DNA of 64,000 nucleotides from Flavobacterium sp. (GTDB lineage Bacteria; Bacteroidota; Bacteroidia; Flavobacteriales; Flavobacteriaceae): NCBI GenBank assembly GCA_036676965.1, contig JAKFBW010000055.1, positions 3,567 to 67,566 of the forward strand, read 5' to 3'. Shown piece by piece: positions 28,537 to 37,933 of this stretch (position 1 is its first letter; each line of letters starts with the position of its first letter). The notes under the pieces were generated by a model. It saw only the letters and a program-made list of their open reading frames with translations, ran no database searches and was not told where the DNA came from. The position numbers and the translations under genes were made by a program.

Positions 28537-28598
28537 AGTCGCAGTTTTCAGTCCCAGTACTCAGTTCGCAACTGCGACTGAAAACTGCGACTGCGACT
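28537..28598. repeat. Inverted short-period array, CAGTCGC / GCGACTG family
   Basis: AGTCGCAGTTTTCAGTC ... GCGACTGAAAACTGCGACT (long near-perfect stem). Confidence 0.75.
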
Positions 28599-28602
28599 TT
28601 CA

Positions 28603-29604
28603 TTATATAAAACTCCTGTAAACCGTATTTCTCAATCCGATTTCTGCCAACAATAAAAAACCGGCCAGCCAAACAAACGGCCTGTATTTTTCATCGTAAT
28701 CATAGAATTTTAATTCCTCTATCTCGGTTGTTTCCAGTTTGTTGATCTCACCGTATATTTCGGCCAATTTACTGTTGCTCGTCGCCCTGAAATATTTTCC
28801 TTCGGTCTTTCTGGCAATGCTTCGCATCAGTCGTTCATCAATTTCCACTTTCATTCTTTGGAATAAAAACTGCCCGTTGGGAGCCACCGCATAAGGAAAA
28901 TCGGCCATTCCATTGGTTCCTATCCCGATGGTATACACTTTAACTCCATATTCTTTGGCAATGTCTGCAGCGGTTTCCGGCTCGATAAAACCGGCGTTGT
29001 TTACCCCATCGGTCAAAAGAATTACGACTTTACTTTTGGCCTTACTGTCCTTCAATCGGTTTACGGCTGTTGCCAATCCCATTCCTATTCCCGTTCCGTC
29101 TTGCAACACATTGTCATATCGTATGCTTTTGATGGCTTCCAGCACTACCGCTTTATCGCTCGTCACGGGTGTTTTGGTATAAGCCTCAGATGCATACACT
29201 ACAAGTCCGATTCTATCATTGGGTCTTTCTTCCGCAAAATCGGCAGCCACTCTTTTCAGGGCTTCCATTCGGTTCGGCTTTAAATCCTTGGCAAGCATAC
29301 TGCCCGAAACATCGACCGCCATGACAATATCGATCCCTTTGGTCGTTTTGGTCTTGTTGCTTACATCAACCGTTCTGGGCCTTGCCATCGCCACGATTAA
29401 TGAGCTTAGCGCCAATAACCGAAGGACTCCCAAAAAGGGTTTCATTTTGGCCCAAAACGTGGCATGCCCCTGAAATCCTTGAATCGAACTGATTTTTAAT
29501 GTTGCCGATTGATGATTTTTTTTCCAAAGCAACCAAACTATAGCTATCGGAATCAGAAGAAACAACCAAAAAAACTCCGGATTTAAAAATGTTATTTTTC
29601 CCAT
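28603..29604 (-). CDS. batA: BatA vWA-domain protein
   Basis: ALARP-like AMARPR, DVSGSMLAKD, GTGIGMGLATAVNRL, LLTDGVNNAG. Confidence 0.9.
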   Translation of the reverse strand: MGKITFLNPEFFWLFLLIPIAIVWLLWKKNHQSATLKISSIQGFQGHATFWAKMKPFLGVLRLLALSSLIVAMARPRTVDVSNKTKTTKGIDIVMAVDVSGSMLAKDLKPNRMEALKRVAADFAEERPNDRIGLVVYASEAYTKTPVTSDKAVVLEAIKSIRYDNVLQDGTGIGMGLATAVNRLKDSKAKSKVVILLTDGVNNAGFIEPETAADIAKEYGVKVYTIGIGTNGMADFPYAVAPNGQFLFQRMKVEIDERLMRSIARKTEGKYFRATSNSKLAEIYGEINKLETTEIEELKFYDYDEKYRPFVWLAGFLLLAEIGLRNTVYRSFI

Positions 29605-31238
29605 TATCTGCTCGCTTGATTTAATTCGACGGAGTTCAACACCCGGTTTGAAATTCCATTTGCATATTGATCGCCTTCCTCATGAAAGATCATGATTTGT
29701 TGTAATCCGCCTTCCTGACCAAACAACAATACTTCATAATATATTTTTTCACTGGTTTTGGTAATGTCACTTATTCTTGAAAAAGTACCATAGCCTTTAA
29801 TCCCACTGATGCCTTGCTGGGTTTCAAAATCTTCCTGTTTCACAATCATGTTTTGTGCCCCTTGTGTTTCTAATGCCTGCAAACTCACTTCCAATGATTT
29901 TTTCAAATCAACGGCTGTCGAATCCTGTTTATATTTGAATGTAGAAACCATCAGGTAAAAATTATCCAAAACACTTCCATAGGCAAAGGAATTCATTTCT
30001 TTAACCAAGGCCAATCCGTTTTTAGGCAATGATTTCGATAAGTCTATCCGTTTGAGCACCTTTGGCGTTTCTATAGTTACACCCGGATTGCCATACGTAC
30101 TCTTTACCCATTCCCCTTCCAATAATTCTTTTGTCGGATGCCCAATGACATTATCCTTAACATAATTGAACCCTTTGGTCACAATAAAAAACAATGTTGT
30201 GGCAAATAATAAGAAAAAAACCGAAGCCACCGAAATAACAATGCGTTTATTTCTCTTTTTCTTCAATTGAATTTCAATCTGTTTTTGTCTTTGTGCTTCG
30301 TTAAGCAGGGTATCTCCTTCCAATTCTACCACAACAGGAATAGAACTGTCAAGGGTAAGAATTGCTTTTTGAATTTTATTTCTATCCTCGGCAATTTCGT
30401 AATCCAATGGTTTTGATTTGGCAAATTTTACTAAATCGGCCTGTTTCAAAACTCTTTCCAGATTTTCGATGGTTTCTTGTGAAACGGTCATTTTCTTTTT
30501 TACCGAGGCGGCTCTAAGCCCTACAATCAATTCAGAAGTGGTGCTCTCCATCGCCGGGATTTCTATCGCTTCTTCAATATAATTTCTGGCAATATCGGTC
30601 AATTCGCTATAATACGCTTTCACTTCCCCTTTTTGCCAAAGTTCTTTCTTTTCGAGTGTATTCAACAAACTGGTTGCTTTCTCAATTGGTGTTTTATACA
30701 CCTCTTCCTCAATCTTTTTCTTTTGCTGTTTTTTGATAAACCAATACACCAAAGCCCCGATACCTAAAATTACTACCAGTGCCAAAAGATATTTCCACCA
30801 ATTCCCCATCGTCTCTTTGACCGGGACAATATCCTTGATGTCATACATTTTTTGTTTCAGCGTGTCTACCGGAACATTGGCCACTTCAACCAAAATAGGA
30901 TCGGATAAAAATGGTTTGTTATTAATCAAAATCTTCACACTTGGAATCGTGTACTTCCCCGAATCAAACTGCGTCAATCCGTATTTCTTGATTAATTCGT
31001 AACGGTCGTCTTTTTTCACCGTATCAATCGGATACGACTGAATCACATCAAGAGGCCCGATATATTTTAAATCCGGAAAAACCACTTTAGACAAGGTGTC
31101 TACATCCGTTTTTAAAGTGAGTTTAAACTCGGCACCAATTTTATTTTTTGTGGTATCTATACTTGTCACCACTTGCTTTTGCTGGGCAAAAACAACTGTA
31201 GAGAATAGCAGTAATAGTAAATAAAGTTTAGTTTTCAT
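29604..31238 (-). CDS. BatD-like / DUF4381-type membrane protein of the bat operon
   Basis: Signal MKTKLYLLLLL...AQQ at 31238; KAYYSELTDIARNYIE, LKQADLVKFAK. The upstream ORF extension to 31352 is repeat-derived. Confidence 0.78.
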   Translation of the reverse strand: MKTKLYLLLLLFSTVVFAQQKQVVTSIDTTKNKIGAEFKLTLKTDVDTLSKVVFPDLKYIGPLDVIQSYPIDTVKKDDRYELIKKYGLTQFDSGKYTIPSVKILINNKPFLSDPILVEVANVPVDTLKQKMYDIKDIVPVKETMGNWWKYLLALVVILGIGALVYWFIKKQQKKKIEEEVYKTPIEKATSLLNTLEKKELWQKGEVKAYYSELTDIARNYIEEAIEIPAMESTTSELIVGLRAASVKKKMTVSQETIENLERVLKQADLVKFAKSKPLDYEIAEDRNKIQKAILTLDSSIPVVVELEGDTLLNEAQRQKQIEIQLKKKRNKRIVISVASVFFLLFATTLFFIVTKGFNYVKDNVIGHPTKELLEGEWVKSTYGNPGVTIETPKVLKRIDLSKSLPKNGLALVKEMNSFAYGSVLDNFYLMVSTFKYKQDSTAVDLKKSLEVSLQALETQGAQNMIVKQEDFETQQGISGIKGYGTFSRISDITKTSEKIYYEVLLFGQEGGLQQIMIFHEEGDQYANGISNRVLNSVELNQASR

Positions 31239-31263
31239 TAATTTTCTAAATATTTTTTCCTCT

Positions 31264-31386
31264 CCCCAACCCTCTCCAAAGGAGAGGGAGCCGAGTCTGG
31301 AATGTGTGACTTCATATATGCTGTTCCAAACTCCTCCTCTTTGTTTCGCCAACTCGTTTACACCCGTGTAAAGAGACTGGGAGGGG
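31264..31386. repeat. REP-like doublet: intact left arm CCCCAACCCTCTCCAAAGGAGAGGGAG; degenerate right arm with a nested TTTACAC-CC-GTGTAAA hairpin
   Basis: Left arm is 26/27 identical to the ileS arm at 1231-1257. Confidence 0.8.
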
Positions 31387-31388
31387 AT

Positions 31389-32252
31389 TTACCTCGATTT
31401 AAAATAACCCAACAATTTGGTTACATAACTTTCGTCTACTCTGGTATTCACCACTCCAGAACCTGATTTACTAAAAGTTTCCTTGAAATAATTTACTTTT
31501 TCATGGTAATATTTTTCATAATTGATACGAACGGCCTTTGAACTGGTATCAATCAATTGTGTTTCACCCGTTTCGGCATCCAGCATGGAAACCATACCCA
31601 GGTTTGGTATTTTTTCTTCCCGGATATCATACACCCGAATCCCCGTAACATCGTGTTTTTTGGATGCAATTTTCAAGTTCTGCTCATAATCTGCCGACAT
31701 GAAATCGGAAATAACAAAAACGATTGCCTTCTTTTTTTGGGTACTGGATAGAAATTTCAAAGCCTGGGCAATGTCAGTCTTATGACTTTGAGGTTCAAAT
31801 TCGATCAATTCCCTTATGATTCGCAACACATGGGAGCGCCCTTTTTTTGGCGGAATATACAATTCGATTTGATCCGAAAATAAAATCAATCCAATTTTAT
31901 CATTATTCTGGGTAGCCGAAAAAGCCATGGTGGCGGCAATTTCGGTAACAATGTCTTTTTTGAATTGGTTTTTGGAACCAAAACTTTCTGAACCCGAAAT
32001 ATCCACCATCAACATCATGGTCAATTCGCGCTCTTCCTCAAAAACTTTGACATGGGCTTCATTGTAACGGGCGGTAACATTCCAGTCAATAGCACGAATG
32101 TCATCCCCATAATGGTATTGACGCACTTCGCTGAAAGTCATTCCCCGGCCTTTGAATGAGGTATGGTATTCTCCCGAAAAGATATGATCACTCAATCTTC
32201 GGGTTTTGATTTCTATTTTTCGTACTTTTTTTAAAAGCTCTTTTGTATCCAT
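31389..32252 (-). CDS. DUF58 domain protein
   Basis: KGRGMTFSEVRQY..GDDIRAIDWNVTAR, EEERE, DISGS, ISDF. Confidence 0.92.
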   Translation of the reverse strand: MDTKELLKKVRKIEIKTRRLSDHIFSGEYHTSFKGRGMTFSEVRQYHYGDDIRAIDWNVTARYNEAHVKVFEEERELTMMLMVDISGSESFGSKNQFKKDIVTEIAATMAFSATQNNDKIGLILFSDQIELYIPPKKGRSHVLRIIRELIEFEPQSHKTDIAQALKFLSSTQKKKAIVFVISDFMSADYEQNLKIASKKHDVTGIRVYDIREEKIPNLGMVSMLDAETGETQLIDTSSKAVRINYEKYYHEKVNYFKETFSKSGSGVVNTRVDESYVTKLLGYFKSR

Positions 32253-32255
32253 TTT

Positions 32256-32352
32256 CCCCTCCTAACCTCCCCAAAGGGGAGGAATTGTTTGTCGATATAC
32301 TTTGGTGAATTTTAATACTCCTATAGCCCCTCCTTTGGAGGGGTTGGGGAGG
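32256..32352. repeat. REP-like doublet variant (CCTCCCC-AAA-GGGGAGG ... CCCCTCC-TTT-GGAGGGG)
   Basis: Two hairpin arms with AAA/TTT loops in inverted orientation fill the moxR-DUF58 spacer. Confidence 0.75.
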
Positions 32353-32353
32353 A

Positions 32354-33358
32354 TTAAGGTACTTCTACTTCGTTTACGATTTTGTTAATGATATCCACTG
32401 AAGTGATATTTTCGGCTTCGGCTTCATAGGTGATTCCAATTCTGTGACGCAACACATCATGAACCACGGCACGAACATCTTCCGGAATTACATAACCCCG
32501 ACGCTTGATAAAAGCGTAACATTTTGCCGCATTGGCCAAATTGATACTTCCACGGGGAGAAGCCCCAAAACTGATTAGTGGTTTCAAGTCGGCTAATTTA
32601 TATTTCTCAGGGTAACGTGTGGCAAAAATAATATCCAGGATATATTTCTCGATTTTTTCATCCATATACACTTCACGAACCGCTTCTTGTGCCCGTAAAA
32701 TTTGTTCTATAGAAACCACCTGATTCACTTTGTCGTAATTCCCCTTTAAATTCTGACGGATTACCAATCGTTCTTCATCCATTTTAGGATAATCAATCAC
32801 TGTTTTCAACATGAAACGGTCAACTTGCGCTTCGGGAAGTTGGTAGGTTCCTTCTTGATCGATCGGGTTTTGTGTAGCCAAAACCAGGAAAGGTTTTTCC
32901 AGCTTGAAAGTAGTATCACCAATTGTTACCTGTTTTTCCTGCATCGCTTCCAGCAAAGCCGATTGTACTTTGGCCGGAGCACGGTTAATCTCATCGGCAA
33001 GGACGAAATTAGCGAAAATAGGTCCTTTTTTAATGGAAAATTCATTTTGTTTAATGTTGTAAATCATCGTTCCCACAACATCCGCCGGCAATAAATCTGG
33101 AGTAAATTGAATTCGGCTGAACGAACCATGAACAGCTTGTGACAGTGTATTGATTGCCAAAGTTTTTGCCAATCCGGGAACCCCTTCCAATAAAATATGT
33201 CCCTGCCCTAAAAGCCCAATCAACAAACGCTCTACCATGTGTTTTTGACCGACAATCACTTTATTCATTTCCATAGTGAGAAGGTCTATAAAAGCACTCT
33301 CTCTTTCAATTTTTTCATTGATAGCCCTAATGTCTAAAGTCGCTGTGTTTTCTTCCAT
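32354..33358 (-). CDS. MoxR family AAA ATPase
   Basis: LLEGVPGLAKT, RIQFTPDLLPAD, LADEINRAPAKVQSALLEAM, ATQNP, GASPRGS. Confidence 0.95.
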   Translation of the reverse strand: MEENTATLDIRAINEKIERESAFIDLLTMEMNKVIVGQKHMVERLLIGLLGQGHILLEGVPGLAKTLAINTLSQAVHGSFSRIQFTPDLLPADVVGTMIYNIKQNEFSIKKGPIFANFVLADEINRAPAKVQSALLEAMQEKQVTIGDTTFKLEKPFLVLATQNPIDQEGTYQLPEAQVDRFMLKTVIDYPKMDEERLVIRQNLKGNYDKVNQVVSIEQILRAQEAVREVYMDEKIEKYILDIIFATRYPEKYKLADLKPLISFGASPRGSINLANAAKCYAFIKRRGYVIPEDVRAVVHDVLRHRIGITYEAEAENITSVDIINKIVNEVEVP

Positions 33359-33570
33359 TTTTTTATTTTTAAAACCTTGTATTTAATGTCCTAAATTTGA
33401 GAGTGCAAATTGAATTTTTTTTTAAAGGAACGATGTTAAAAAATGGTTAAAACTTATGCAAATCCCTTAATTTTAAGGACGAATTGTGATAGTATTTTTA
33501 TATTTTTAAGAACTTTAAATATTATATTATGAATCCGATGAATAACAAATTTTAACAACATCAAATAGCT

Positions 33571-34443
33571 ATGAGCAAAACAATCTTATCGCCTATTATT
33601 GCCGGCACTATGAACTGGGGAGTTTGGGATAAAAACCTTACAATGAAGGAAATGGAGAACATGATACAAATCAGTTTAGAAAACAAAATCTCCACCTTTG
33701 ATCATGCAGACATCTATGGGGACTACACTACCGAAGCTGATTTTGGAAAAGCTTTTGTATCCAGCAAAATTGCCCGTGAAAAACTGCAATTGATTTCTAA
33801 ATGTGGCATTCAAATGGTTACAGAAAACCGAAATAACCGCATCAAACATTATGATTATTCCAAGTCACATATCATACAGTCGGCTGAGCAATCCTTAAAA
33901 AATCTAAAGACCGATTATCTGGATGTTTTTCTGTTACACAGACCCAGTCCGTTGATGCAGGCAGACGAAATTGCCGAAGCTGTTGCAAAATTGAAGAGAG
34001 AAGGAAAAATTATTGACTTCGGACTTTCTAACTTTACCACATCACAAACCGAATTGATTCGCCAAAAAACTGAGGTTAGCTACAACCAAATTCAATTTTC
34101 GGCAACCAACTTTGAACCTATGCTGGATGGAAGTTTTGACTATATGCAAATACACAATATACGTCCCATGTCATGGAATCCTCTTGGCTGTGTTTTCAGG
34201 AAAGATATCCCTCAAACGCACCGATTAAAAAAACTTTTGGCCGATTTGGTCTCTAAATACCATTTGGGTTCCGATACGATTCTGCTTTCCTGGGTTTTAA
34301 AACATCCCGCAAAAGTTATCCCGATTGCCGGAACAGTTAATATCGCCCGAATCCAATCCTTAATGAAAGCCATAGAACTCGAATTGGATAATGAAGACTG
34401 GTTTGCCATCTGGGCCGAAAGCATGGGCCAAAATGTACCCTAA
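33571..34443 (+). CDS. Aldo/keto reductase (YdhF-like)
   Basis: FDHADIYGDY, SKCGI, LLHRPSPL, FGLSNF. Confidence 0.9.
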   Translation: MSKTILSPIIAGTMNWGVWDKNLTMKEMENMIQISLENKISTFDHADIYGDYTTEADFGKAFVSSKIAREKLQLISKCGIQMVTENRNNRIKHYDYSKSHIIQSAEQSLKNLKTDYLDVFLLHRPSPLMQADEIAEAVAKLKREGKIIDFGLSNFTTSQTELIRQKTEVSYNQIQFSATNFEPMLDGSFDYMQIHNIRPMSWNPLGCVFRKDIPQTHRLKKLLADLVSKYHLGSDTILLSWVLKHPAKVIPIAGTVNIARIQSLMKAIELELDNEDWFAIWAESMGQNVP

Positions 34444-34493
34444 TCAAAAAAATAAGAAATAGTAAATCAAAGAATCGAAAAAACAGAACGTTC

Positions 34494-35246
34494 ATGAGTA
34501 AAACGGTCCTAATAACAGGTGCAACGAGCGGAATTGGCAAAGCAACTGCCGAATTATTAGCCAAAAACAACTATAAAATTATCCTTTGCGGCAGACGGAA
34601 AGACCGGCTGAAAGCCCTCCAAAAAGAACTTTCCGAATATACGGAAATCCACATCTTACCATTTGACGTAAGCGACAAAAAAGCGGTAACCGAAAGTATC
34701 GCTTCTTTACCGCCTACCTTTTCTAATATTGATATTTTAATCAACAATGCCGGAAACGCACATGGTTTAGACCCCATTCAAGACGGTGATATCGATGATT
34801 GGGATGCCATGATTGACATCAATATAAAAGGGCTTTTATATGTTTCGAAAGCAGTAATTCCGACCATGATACGCAATAAATCCGGACACATTATCAATAT
34901 CGGCTCTACGGCCGCCAAACAAGTATATCCGAACGGCAATGTATATTGTGCGACCAAACACGCTGTAGACGCCATTAACAAAGGCATGAAAATGGATTTG
35001 AATCCATACGGAATCCGGGTTGGAGCCATCCATCCGGGACTGGTCGAAACTGAATTTAGCGAAGTACGCTTTAAAGGGGATGCGGAAAAAGCAGCGAATG
35101 TCTACAAAGGTTTCACCCCATTAAAGGCTGAGGATATTGCCGACATTATCCATTTTGTAATCTCAAGACCCTACCATGTCAACATCTCCGATTTGGTTGT
35201 CATGTGTACTGCACAAGGGTCGGCAACCATGATTCAAAAGGATTGA
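34494..35246 (+). CDS. SDR oxidoreductase (YdfG-like)
   Basis: TGATSGIG, NNAG, YCATK, PGLVETEFS. Confidence 0.92.
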   Translation: MSKTVLITGATSGIGKATAELLAKNNYKIILCGRRKDRLKALQKELSEYTEIHILPFDVSDKKAVTESIASLPPTFSNIDILINNAGNAHGLDPIQDGDIDDWDAMIDINIKGLLYVSKAVIPTMIRNKSGHIINIGSTAAKQVYPNGNVYCATKHAVDAINKGMKMDLNPYGIRVGAIHPGLVETEFSEVRFKGDAEKAANVYKGFTPLKAEDIADIIHFVISRPYHVNISDLVVMCTAQGSATMIQKD

Positions 35247-35280
35247 TTTTTCAAAACCTAACAACCGGATTTGCTTTAAA

Positions 35281-35316
35281 AACAAAAAACAGCCCAAATG
35301 AGCTGTTTTTTTGTTT
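35281..35316. terminator. Bidirectional intrinsic terminator
   Basis: AAAAAACAGC-CCAAATGA-GCTGTTTTTT between convergent genes. Confidence 0.7.
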
Positions 35317-35333
35317 TAATTCTGTTTTCGTTT

Positions 35334-36173
35334 TTAAAATGCAACACTGCCTACATTCGTAATTTCTCCATTAACCACCACTACGTTGTCAATTGTTTTA
35401 ATTGCCTTGCCTGATGCCACTTCCGGAGTTAAGGTAACCGTATACGTTCCTGCGGGAACACCGTTTAACTCAAATTCGCCCGTAAGCACATTCATAGCCG
35501 TTTCAATAGTACCGCCTTCTACAGGAATTGATACAGCAACCGCAAATTCAGGTATTAACGGAGGTGTTCCTATAACAATTTCACCTATAATACTTCCCGT
35601 ATTTTCTTTTGTGGAAACCCTGATTACCGGATGCAAGTTATAAATACCAGAGTTTCCGGCTTTGACAACAGAATGGGCTACATCAAAATCCAATAAAAAT
35701 TCGTAAGTTTTTCCTGCTTCCAAGATTTTATTGACCTGTAATTTTAAACCTGATTGTTGTGCACTAGGTGTATTCAATGGTATTGTAGTTGTGGCACCTG
35801 CTAACTTTACAGAATTTTCGTCTCCAAGCAACAATCGAATTTGTCCTAAATTTCCGGAAGGAACCAAGTTATCCGCCAATAAAGCATTCACACCACCTGT
35901 TAATTTCAGCAAATCAACAATTTTACCTTCTCCAACTTGTGTTTCATCCCCAATGCTTACCCATCCCTGACTGTCATCAGTATCGGAAGTTGCTTTTATC
36001 AAAACATCTAAGACTTCAACATTTACCTTTTCATAATCTCCGGGAGCATCCACCAATCTAACCATCATTCTTGAAGTTTGTGAACTGTCATCATTATCAT
36101 TACACGCGGTAAAAAACAAACTTAATAATGCAATCACAAAAAATGTCAGGGGGCAAAATTTAATCTTTTTCAT
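35334..36173 (-). CDS. DUF4382 domain lipoprotein
   Basis: Lipobox FTAC; LVDAPGDY, DLLKLTGG, TPSAQQSGLKL, DFDVAHSVV, LHPVIR. Confidence 0.85.
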   Translation of the reverse strand: MKKIKFCPLTFFVIALLSLFFTACNDNDDSSQTSRMMVRLVDAPGDYEKVNVEVLDVLIKATSDTDDSQGWVSIGDETQVGEGKIVDLLKLTGGVNALLADNLVPSGNLGQIRLLLGDENSVKLAGATTTIPLNTPSAQQSGLKLQVNKILEAGKTYEFLLDFDVAHSVVKAGNSGIYNLHPVIRVSTKENTGSIIGEIVIGTPPLIPEFAVAVSIPVEGGTIETAMNVLTGEFELNGVPAGTYTVTLTPEVASGKAIKTIDNVVVVNGEITNVGSVAF

Positions 36174-36279
36174 TTTATTTCAATTATTAAAATTAGTATA
36201 TTGACAACGTAAAAAAATCAAAAAAATTGCCATAAAAAACGGTGTTTTTTATGAATCATACCATAATTGTATTCTCTAA

Positions 36280-37419
36280 ATGATCAACAAACGTCTTTTA
36301 ATAAAAAACCTGCTCGCTCACCATGACGAAAACAGTTTTTATGACAAAAAACGTCAATTAAATTTACATACCCGTGAAGGGAAATCCAAATTTTTGAAAC
36401 ACATTTGTGCTTTGTCCAATTCAAATCCCGCCAACAACTCCTATATCGTGGTGGGCGTTGAAGATCAGGACAATGAAATTATTGGGGATGATTTTTTTGA
36501 CGACAGCCGCATCCAGAATTTAGTCAATGCTTATCTGGAAAATCCGCCTAAAATTCAATACGAGAATGTCCCTTTTCCGAACTTACCCAAGGACAAAGTT
36601 ATTGGCCTGGTAACCATAAAACCAAAAAATAAAATTTCCCATTTCAAAAAAGGAATCCATACCATTCCGGTCAACAGTATTTTCATTCGACAAGGAAGCA
36701 ATACCATGCCGGCTGAAACGGAAATCGAAAAAAATTACCAGAACACGGAAACGGTCATTGGCATTGAAAACAATTCCAGAAACAGTATTGGCTATACCCT
36801 TGATGGCGTTATTGATTTTATGAACTTTCGTCACAAAGACATGTCACCCAAATACAAGGTCTTTAAAGAATTATTTGTGATTTGCTGGGCGGGAATTCCT
36901 AAAAAAGCACATGATAAATTATTTCTATCCCGTGTCGATATTGAACTCATCAACGAACAAATCAAACTGTTCTATTCGGCTCAGGATGTGGTAACCATAA
37001 CCTATGACGAGGACACTTTCACTATTATCGAGCATGTTCCCCTGGGACTGAATGACCAAACAAGTTACTACCCGCTGGAGCAAAAAACCATTTATTTTTA
37101 TGACAATGGTTATTATAAAATAGAAACCCAAATGCTTTTTCAACCGCCGGAATTCAACAAAAAAGTACTGTTTCACATTTATAATTCCAATATGGCCTTA
37201 TTGAGTAAACTCCAAAAAGGGCTTACATTGAGCGAAAGAGAGTATAGGGACCTCCAGAATTTACCTTCCACCTTTATGATTTGCTACCTCAACGGTTTTG
37301 ACGATGCCAAAGAAAAACTGATTGATGCCAAGCTATTGCTAAAACCTTTTCCAAGTATCTATTTGTCTTTCAAGGAAGCCATGCGAATCTTACGAAAGAT
37401 GAAATACGATGTGCAGTAA
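36280..37419 (+). CDS. AlbA_2 (Schlafen-like) domain protein conserved in Flavobacteriaceae
   Basis: ENSFYDKK...KHICALSNSN...YIVVGVED. Confidence 0.75.
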   Translation: MINKRLLIKNLLAHHDENSFYDKKRQLNLHTREGKSKFLKHICALSNSNPANNSYIVVGVEDQDNEIIGDDFFDDSRIQNLVNAYLENPPKIQYENVPFPNLPKDKVIGLVTIKPKNKISHFKKGIHTIPVNSIFIRQGSNTMPAETEIEKNYQNTETVIGIENNSRNSIGYTLDGVIDFMNFRHKDMSPKYKVFKELFVICWAGIPKKAHDKLFLSRVDIELINEQIKLFYSAQDVVTITYDEDTFTIIEHVPLGLNDQTSYYPLEQKTIYFYDNGYYKIETQMLFQPPEFNKKVLFHIYNSNMALLSKLQKGLTLSEREYRDLQNLPSTFMICYLNGFDDAKEKLIDAKLLLKPFPSIYLSFKEAMRILRKMKYDVQ

Positions 37420-37522
37420 TGAAATCGTTTATTTGAAATCAAAATCCGGAATAACAAAAAAACTCAAAAATATATAATTGAATATATCTTTTGAGTTTAA
37501 GTTATATCGTTCAAATAATGAT

Positions 37523-37933
37523 TTAAACAGCATCGACAAGTCCTTTTATGAGTTCGGTTAATTTCTCCTTTGTTACGGGTTTAATAATATAATCTGAAAC
37601 CGCATTGTTTTTTTTGGCCAATAAAATATCGCTGGGGGATATCGATGAGGAACAAATATAAATGGTAATTTTCTTTTCAATTTTAGGGATTAATTTTGTG
37701 AATTGATCCAGAAACTGCCACCCATCCATTATTGGCATACTAAGATCCAGCAGGATAACTTCAGGCAGAGAATCAACATCGTCGCAATTTTCCTTAATAA
37801 AATTTATGCCATCCAAGCCATTTCCAAACACCTTAATAAATTCTACTAAATTGGTGTTCTCAATAGCCTTTTTTGTCAGGAAAACGAAAATATCATCGTC
37901 ATCAATAAGTGTTAAGTTTTTAATGGTTTTCAT
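37523..37933 (-). CDS. Single-domain response regulator (receiver only)
   Basis: LIDDDD, LLDLSMPIMDGWQFL, YIIKP. Confidence 0.9.
   Translation of the reverse strand: MKTIKNLTLIDDDDIFVFLTKKAIENTNLVEFIKVFGNGLDGINFIKENCDDVDSLPEVILLDLSMPIMDGWQFLDQFTKLIPKIEKKITIYICSSSISPSDILLAKKNNAVSDYIIKPVTKEKLTELIKGLVDAV

Noticed and set aside
31239-31352. N-terminal 38 aa of the 582-aa ORF as genuine protein
   Set aside because: Derived from the REP arm; a good signal peptide begins at 31238. Kept only as a hypothesis in findings.
23973-33358. MoxR-vWA-TPR cluster as a novel system
   Set aside because: This is the described Bacteroidetes bat operon.
36280-37419. Schlafen/AlbA_2 protein as an anti-phage system
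   Set aside because: Core-like composition and a position I recall as conserved in Flavobacteriaceae; no defence-island context.
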